In this document: one piece after another, positions 6,276-10,616 of the stretch | Numbering within the stretch: the first letter of the stretch is position 1 | Layout of the letters: each line of letters opens with the position of its first letter | From: Thermoplasmatota archaeon | GTDB taxonomy: Archaea > Thermoplasmatota > Penumbrarchaeia > Penumbrarchaeales > Penumbrarchaeaceae | Length of the DNA stretch: 10,616 nt | Assembly: GCA_029762535.1 (NCBI GenBank) | Contig: JARVGK010000053.1 | Span: forward strand, 1 to 10,616 | Direction: 5' to 3' | Position numbers and translations under genes: made by a program | The notes under the pieces: generated by a model | Databases searched by the model: none | Seen by the model: only the letters and a program-made list of their open reading frames with translations | Told to the model about the DNA's origin: nothing

Positions 6276-7007
6276 ATGAAACGCAGGTCGCCCATTTTTG
6301 GGCTTTGGGGTTGTGCATTGCTCGTGATCGCATTGTTGGCGTTCGGGGGGAACGCTCTCGTGAGCGCACCCGAGAGGACCGAGGACCCGTCAAAGGTCAC
6401 GCCCACCGCACCATCGATGAACATAAAGATAGACGATTTCAAGAAGGACCTCTCCACCACTGGAACGTCCTACTCATACACCATGGAGGCGACTGGAACC
6501 GGCTGCGATGAGGCGGTCCAGGGATTCTACACGATATGGGCATATTCCGGAGCGTCCGGTCACGCACAACAGTCTTGGAAGGAGGGCCCCATAGACGAGA
6601 ACCGCTCCTACGGGTCCCATGCCTACAGGGAGCAGTTCTTCGGGACGGGTCCGGAAGGGTCCTGGAGCACCTGGAAATGGGTATTCCACTCCACGGGACC
6701 GATAGATGATAACAACAGGCAGGAGTTCGAGGACCCGGATTCATACTGGGCCGGACTTGACAGGATGGTCCTCTACGTCAGGATATACAACGATGAGGAG
6801 AACTGGAACCAGGCATCGAAGGATATCACGGAGGAATACACCGGGATCGAGAAAGGAGGAAACATAATCGATGACAAGGTCCCGACGGACGACGGGGAGG
6901 ACGACGGTAAGAAGACCCCTGGATTCGATATTGTGATCGTATCGCTGTCTTTTTTGGTCCTCATCATCTTTTACGGTAAGGTGAAAGACCTCAGGCGAAC
7001 GCTCTGA
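6276..7007 (+). CDS. Secreted surface protein with PGF-CTERM archaeosortase signal; function unknown
   Basis: Signal peptide MKRRSPIFGLWGCALLVIALLAFGGNALVSA; acidic linker followed by KKTPGF, a hydrophobic helix and a basic tail. Alternative start 6255. The 3' end overlaps the convergent transporter by 17 nt. Confidence 0.8.
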   Translation: MKRRSPIFGLWGCALLVIALLAFGGNALVSAPERTEDPSKVTPTAPSMNIKIDDFKKDLSTTGTSYSYTMEATGTGCDEAVQGFYTIWAYSGASGHAQQSWKEGPIDENRSYGSHAYREQFFGTGPEGSWSTWKWVFHSTGPIDDNNRQEFEDPDSYWAGLDRMVLYVRIYNDEENWNQASKDITEEYTGIEKGGNIIDDKVPTDDGEDDGKKTPGFDIVIVSLSFLVLIIFYGKVKDLRRTL

Positions 7008-8055
7008 CGAAAAGAGGTATGAGGAACAGCAGGATCGGAACGCCGACGATTGTGGTCCACGTCACCGCGAGCGCGGTACCCTTCCTATCTATCCCGTATG
7101 GGATCAGGAACATGTTAGTGGAAGTTATGGGCATGAAGGAGTTGATTATGATCACCGCGAACCATGCCGCGGGGATCACACCTGCAGCGAAGAGGGATCC
7201 GAATACTGCAAAGATCGCAAGAGGGGTGAATATCAGCGTGACGAAGAAGGCGTTCCTCGTCATCACCCAGTGGAACTCCCTCTTCTCATGATCCGAGTCG
7301 TCCATTCCGAAGAGCTTCTTGAGCTCGTTCAAATGCAGGTCCCTCGGGTGTATTCCCGCGCCCGCATAGTAAAGACCGGCAGGGACGGTCAGCGCGCTTA
7401 TGAAATGCAGGACCACGCCCGAATCGCCGAGATCGGCGACATTTATCCCGGTGGCCTTGTGCAGGATTATGGCCAGGACCACGACGGCGAGGAGGTACCA
7501 TGGATAGAGCTTGAGGTACCATGGAAGCATCGATCTCACCTCGCTTTCCCTGGATTCCTGTTTGTGCATGCGGGATAGGATGTAAGGCATGACGGCGAAG
7601 AGGCCGATCCCCACGAGGCTTATGTATATCCCCGCAGGGACCTTCCACGCGTCTATGGCGAGCATCGCCCCGCCGACGAATGCCGCGCTGCGGCCCTGGT
7701 TCGTAAGAACGGTCTTGAGGAAGGTCCTTCTCTCCATCCCTTTGAGGCCAAGCTGCTTGACCTTGAGGTTACCGAACAGGTATGAGAGCAGGTACATGAA
7801 GCCGATAACAACGATCGTGACAGCGGAGAAAGCTATCTCCGAGCTGCCGAAGTCGATGTTCAGGAATATGCGGAACAACAGGAGCGGGATGAAGACGAAA
7901 AGCAGTACCAGCCCGATCCTCTTCATGACCTTCGTCACCCTCTCCTCCCCGAAGACAAGGGACAGAAGCAAGGTCACTATCAGGCCAACGACTATCCATG
8001 GAAGGGTGTATAGACCGCTTATATACGGAATGATCTCCTGTAACAACTGTACCAT
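6991..8055 (-). CDS. AEC (auxin efflux carrier)-family-like membrane transporter
   Basis: 354 aa, ~10 hydrophobic segments; FVFIPLLLF, TVPAGLYYAG and FMPITS motifs at AEC-like positions; GGTGA RBS. Confidence 0.7.
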   Translation of the reverse strand: MVQLLQEIIPYISGLYTLPWIVVGLIVTLLLSLVFGEERVTKVMKRIGLVLLFVFIPLLLFRIFLNIDFGSSEIAFSAVTIVVIGFMYLLSYLFGNLKVKQLGLKGMERRTFLKTVLTNQGRSAAFVGGAMLAIDAWKVPAGIYISLVGIGLFAVMPYILSRMHKQESRESEVRSMLPWYLKLYPWYLLAVVVLAIILHKATGINVADLGDSGVVLHFISALTVPAGLYYAGAGIHPRDLHLNELKKLFGMDDSDHEKREFHWVMTRNAFFVTLIFTPLAIFAVFGSLFAAGVIPAAWFAVIIINSFMPITSTNMFLIPYGIDRKGTALAVTWTTIVGVPILLFLIPLFVRAFA

Positions 8056-8115
8056 AATTCACTCACCTTGCCCGGGATGCGCTGGCCCCTTTTCGGTAGA
8101 TGGGCTCATTATATT

Positions 8116-8661
8116 TCATGGTTCCCGAGTTCTGCATTCAGAATCGAGGATCGAGAATACGATACCGTCATGCCAGTTTCCCTCTCGGAAATACCTCTGT
8201 CTCTCTACCCCTTCGCGGACGAAGCCGCATTTCTCGAGCACGCGCGAGGACCTCGCATTGACCTCGAAGATGACAGCCTGAAGGCGGTGCAGCATCATGT
8301 TATCGAACGCGTATCCTATTAGGAGCCGGATCGCTTCGGTCGCATATCCTTTTCCCCAGTAAGGATATGATACCATATAGCCTATCTCGGCGCATTTGTT
8401 CTCCCTGTCGATGATGCGAAGATCGACGGCGCCGATGAGCTCCTCTTGGTCGATGAGTTCGATGCCGAGTATGATCTGGATGCCGGACTCGTAGCCTTTC
8501 TGCGCCCTGTCGATGAAATCCCTGGCGTATTCCTCGTAATATGGATAGAGGTCGAAAAGGGTGTATCTCCAGTTCTCCTCGTGATCGGCGTAGCGGACGA
8601 TGCCCCTGGCATCGTCCTGTTCCAGCGTACGAAGCCTTATCCTGTCTCCTTCGATTTCCAT
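8116..8661 (-). CDS. GNAT N-acetyltransferase, RimJ/RimL family
   Basis: RIRLR; AEIGY...YWGKGYATEA acetyl-CoA motif; N.RS.RVLEKCGF..EG; 181 aa. Confidence 0.93.
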   Translation of the reverse strand: MEIEGDRIRLRTLEQDDARGIVRYADHEENWRYTLFDLYPYYEEYARDFIDRAQKGYESGIQIILGIELIDQEELIGAVDLRIIDRENKCAEIGYMVSYPYWGKGYATEAIRLLIGYAFDNMMLHRLQAVIFEVNARSSRVLEKCGFVREGVERQRYFREGNWHDGIVFSILDSECRTREP

Positions 8662-8667
8662 TCTCCA

Positions 8668-9270
8668 TCACTCCGGTTCGTACAGGCCCTCGGGGTTCGA
8701 TCCGAGCATTCCCGCCTCGAGCATGTAGTCCGGAACGATCGAGAGCCTCAGGGCGAGATCGTCGTCGATGAGGGGGTAATGCCTGATGGCATCGAGCCTT
8801 TTGCCTATTACCGACAGTTCGGAATCCGTTCTTTCCCAATCGATCCCATCGAATATGGAGAGGTCAAGGGGCCTGGAATAAGACCTGAGCGTCTTCTCCC
8901 CTTTCGTGTTGAAGTAGAGATCGAAGTAGGACATCGCCAGCTCCCTGATCGTCCGGTAGGCGGGATCCCTGTATCTGAGGGTGGTGAAATTGGATTTGGC
9001 GATCGCACCCCAGAGACCATTTTCCCTGAATACCGCTATGACGTGATCGTCGTCGTTGACCGCCCTGAGGTCCACCAAAAGAGGAGGATGCCCCAGCCTC
9101 CTGAGCGCGGATGCGGCCAGTAGCGCTCCCTCGAAGCAATGGGCCTTCCCCTCCTCGATGACGATCCGGGGGGATCTCGCCTCTATGTCGGGATCGTATT
9201 TTAGGGAATCGAGGCAACGCTGTATCGCGAATGGGCTGTCGAAGGCTTCCTCCGAATTAGCGGGGGTCAT
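8668..9270 (-). CDS. Conserved hypothetical protein, probable transglutaminase-like/papain-fold Cys-His domain
   Basis: AHCFEGALLAASAL (Cys at a helix start), DDDHVIAVF, then WGAIAKSN; 200 aa; co-directional with the GNAT, 6 nt apart. Confidence 0.65.
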   Translation of the reverse strand: MTPANSEEAFDSPFAIQRCLDSLKYDPDIEARSPRIVIEEGKAHCFEGALLAASALRRLGHPPLLVDLRAVNDDDHVIAVFRENGLWGAIAKSNFTTLRYRDPAYRTIRELAMSYFDLYFNTKGEKTLRSYSRPLDLSIFDGIDWERTDSELSVIGKRLDAIRHYPLIDDDLALRLSIVPDYMLEAGMLGSNPEGLYEPE

Positions 9271-9297
9271 GTGTCTCCAATTGGAACGGAGGATTTA

Positions 9298-9510
9298 TCA
9301 TTTATCATCATAGGCCCTGTTGATAAGGGAGCACCCTCTGTTGCCCTCGGACCCCGAGAAACACATCTTCTTGGGATCTCCTTTGGTAAAAGTGATGCAG
9401 CCCCAGCACTGCCACCTGGAGAGGGAGAACACTCGTCCCTCATTCTCCTTTCTTATCCTCTCGCATATGCGGAGAGCCTCTGCCTTGGGGATCCCTCCCT
9501 TTGAGCTCAT
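9298..9510 (-). CDS. Small Cys-rich hypothetical protein (70 aa), putative metal/Fe-S binding
   Basis: Five Cys: C-x18-CWGC-x11-C-x9-C; fills the gap in a co-directional gene run; ATG 9510 preferred over TTG 9531. Confidence 0.65.
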   Translation of the reverse strand: MSSKGGIPKAEALRICERIRKENEGRVFSLSRWQCWGCITFTKGDPKKMCFSGSEGNRGCSLINRAYDDK

Positions 9511-9543
9511 GAGCGAGGATATGGAGTTCAAAAAGATAAAACG

Positions 9544-10329
9544 TTATCCTCTCAGCGCATCGGAGGCGATAAGGGCCGCTCCGGTGGCGGTAACGATCTG
9601 CGGCATCGGGGGGACGAACATCTTCCTCCCGAGCTCATTCTCCATCGCATGGACCATGCCTATGTTCCTCGCAGGTCCTCCGTCGAAGAAGACCACGTCG
9701 TTGATCCCAACCTTCTTCGCCATGGCAACGAGCCTCCTCGCCACTGCCCGGTGGATCCCCATTATGATATCCTCTTTTGAATATCCGGAAAAGACCAGGT
9801 TCGCCACTTCGGACTTGGCGAAGACCAGGCATGTGGTAGTTATATCCACGGGATCCATGCTCTTCAGAGAAAGTGGCCCCATCTCATCGAGCGGGACGTT
9901 CATCTCCCTGGCGAGGACCTCCAGGAACCTGCCCGTACCCGCAGCGCACTTGTCGTTCATGGCGAAGTTGATCATCTTTCCGTCCTCATCGAGCGCTATG
10001 ACCTTTGTGTCCTGGCCGCCGATGTCGATTATGGTCCTCACGCCCAGCTCCCTTCCAACATACCTCACCCCCCTCGCGTTCGCCGATATCTCCGAGATGT
10101 TGTCGTTGGCGAAGGTCGCGATCCTCCGACCGTAGCCCGTGGAGGTGATCCTCTCGATAACCTCGAACCCGACCCCGGCCATCTTGAGAGCCTCCCCGAG
10201 TACCCCCCTGGCAGTTGCGTCATGGTCCTCGCCGGTTGGTGTGACCGCGTAGCCGACCACCGATCGGTCCTTCATCACCACCCCTTTGACGTAGGTGGAT
10301 CCCAGGTCTATGCCCGCCGTGATCGTCAT
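9544..10329 (-). CDS. Acyl-CoA dehydratase activase (HgdC / BcrAD-BadFG ASKHA ATPase, [4Fe-4S])
   Basis: GIDLGST, TGYGR, IDIGGQDTK, MNDKCAAGTGRFLE, TTTCLVFAKSEV and GGPARN motifs; GGGGGTGA RBS; ATGA overlap with the upstream gene. Confidence 0.93.
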   Translation of the reverse strand: MTITAGIDLGSTYVKGVVMKDRSVVGYAVTPTGEDHDATARGVLGEALKMAGVGFEVIERITSTGYGRRIATFANDNISEISANARGVRYVGRELGVRTIIDIGGQDTKVIALDEDGKMINFAMNDKCAAGTGRFLEVLAREMNVPLDEMGPLSLKSMDPVDITTTCLVFAKSEVANLVFSGYSKEDIIMGIHRAVARRLVAMAKKVGINDVVFFDGGPARNIGMVHAMENELGRKMFVPPMPQIVTATGAALIASDALRG

Positions 10330-10616
10330 TTCACCCCCAGTATCCGGTCCCAGAGGGATCTCTTAACTTCCATTTTTTCATTCTCCTTCGGAGCCGATCT
10401 GTGAAGGCCGGGGGAGAGCAGCGCCGCTCCTAAGGCACCCACGAGCTCGGGTCGTTCGGGAACTACGATATCCCTGTCGATGACCTTCCTCAATCCGGAG
10501 ACCACCCCTGCGTTGTTCGCAACCCCCCCACCGAAGAGGATCCTGCCCTCGGAGCGCATGGAGTTGACCAGAGCCCCGATCCTCCTTGCCACCATGTCGT
10601 TGAGGCCCGCGAGTAT
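10326..10616 (-). CDS. C-terminal part of a second acyl-CoA dehydratase activase (5' end outside the window)
   Basis: Frame open to the window edge: ILAGLNDMVARRI...LFGGGVANNAGVV...VPERPELVGALGAAL, homologous to the C-terminus of the downstream activase. Confidence 0.88.
   Translation of the reverse strand: MLAGLNDMVARRIGALVNSMRSEGRILFGGGVANNAGVVSGLRKVIDRDIVVPERPELVGALGAALLSPGLHRSAPKENEKMEVKRSLWDRILGVK

Noticed and set aside
6139-6393. 85-aa N-terminal extension of the 797-aa ORF
   Set aside because: It overlaps the divergent PGF-CTERM gene and its promoter; alignment to paralog A, the RBS and the signal peptide all place the start at 6138
1686-10135. Numerous alternative-frame and antisense ORFs (e.g. 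1686-2186, 2939-3457, 4220-4570, 7589-8281, 8300-8839, 8446-9123, 9320-10135)
   Set aside because: They lie on top of well-supported genes and have Ser/Arg/Pro-rich shadow composition with no motifs
1-10616. CRISPR array, tRNA/rRNA genes, transposase or integrase
   Set aside because: No regularly spaced repeats, no recognisable structural RNA gene and no recombinase motifs seen

Overview
This window is most likely archaeal DNA, probably Thermoplasmatota-like (inference from a PGF-CTERM sorting signal, GGGGTGA/GGTGA ribosome-binding sites and BRE/TATA-type promoters). The left ~6.2 kb is an accessory locus. It holds two type II toxin-antitoxin modules: DUF2281-like antitoxin + PIN/VapC on the minus strand, and an unlisted 55-aa antitoxin + RelE/ParE toxin on the plus strand. 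It also holds a tandem array of paralogous ~705-712-aa surface proteins with the layout lipobox-like signal, eight ~51-aa repeats (probable beta-propeller), Ig-like domain, coiled-coil stalk rich in N-glycosylation sequons, and C-terminal TM anchor. Two paralogs are intact and mosaic: the ends and stalk are near-identical while head repeats 3-4 diverge. A third copy survives only as a 72-bp anchor/tail segment (908-979) that differs from the others only at synonymous sites. That segment lies in a possible 33-aa micro-ORF, and the RelBE module sits where the rest of that gene would be. The right ~4.4 kb has a divergent PGF-CTERM surface protein and a minus-strand gene run: two tandem acyl-CoA dehydratase activases (one cut by the window edge), a small Cys-rich protein, a transglutaminase-like protein, a RimJ/RimL GNAT and an AEC-family transporter. 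All family calls come from motif recognition by eye, not database searches.
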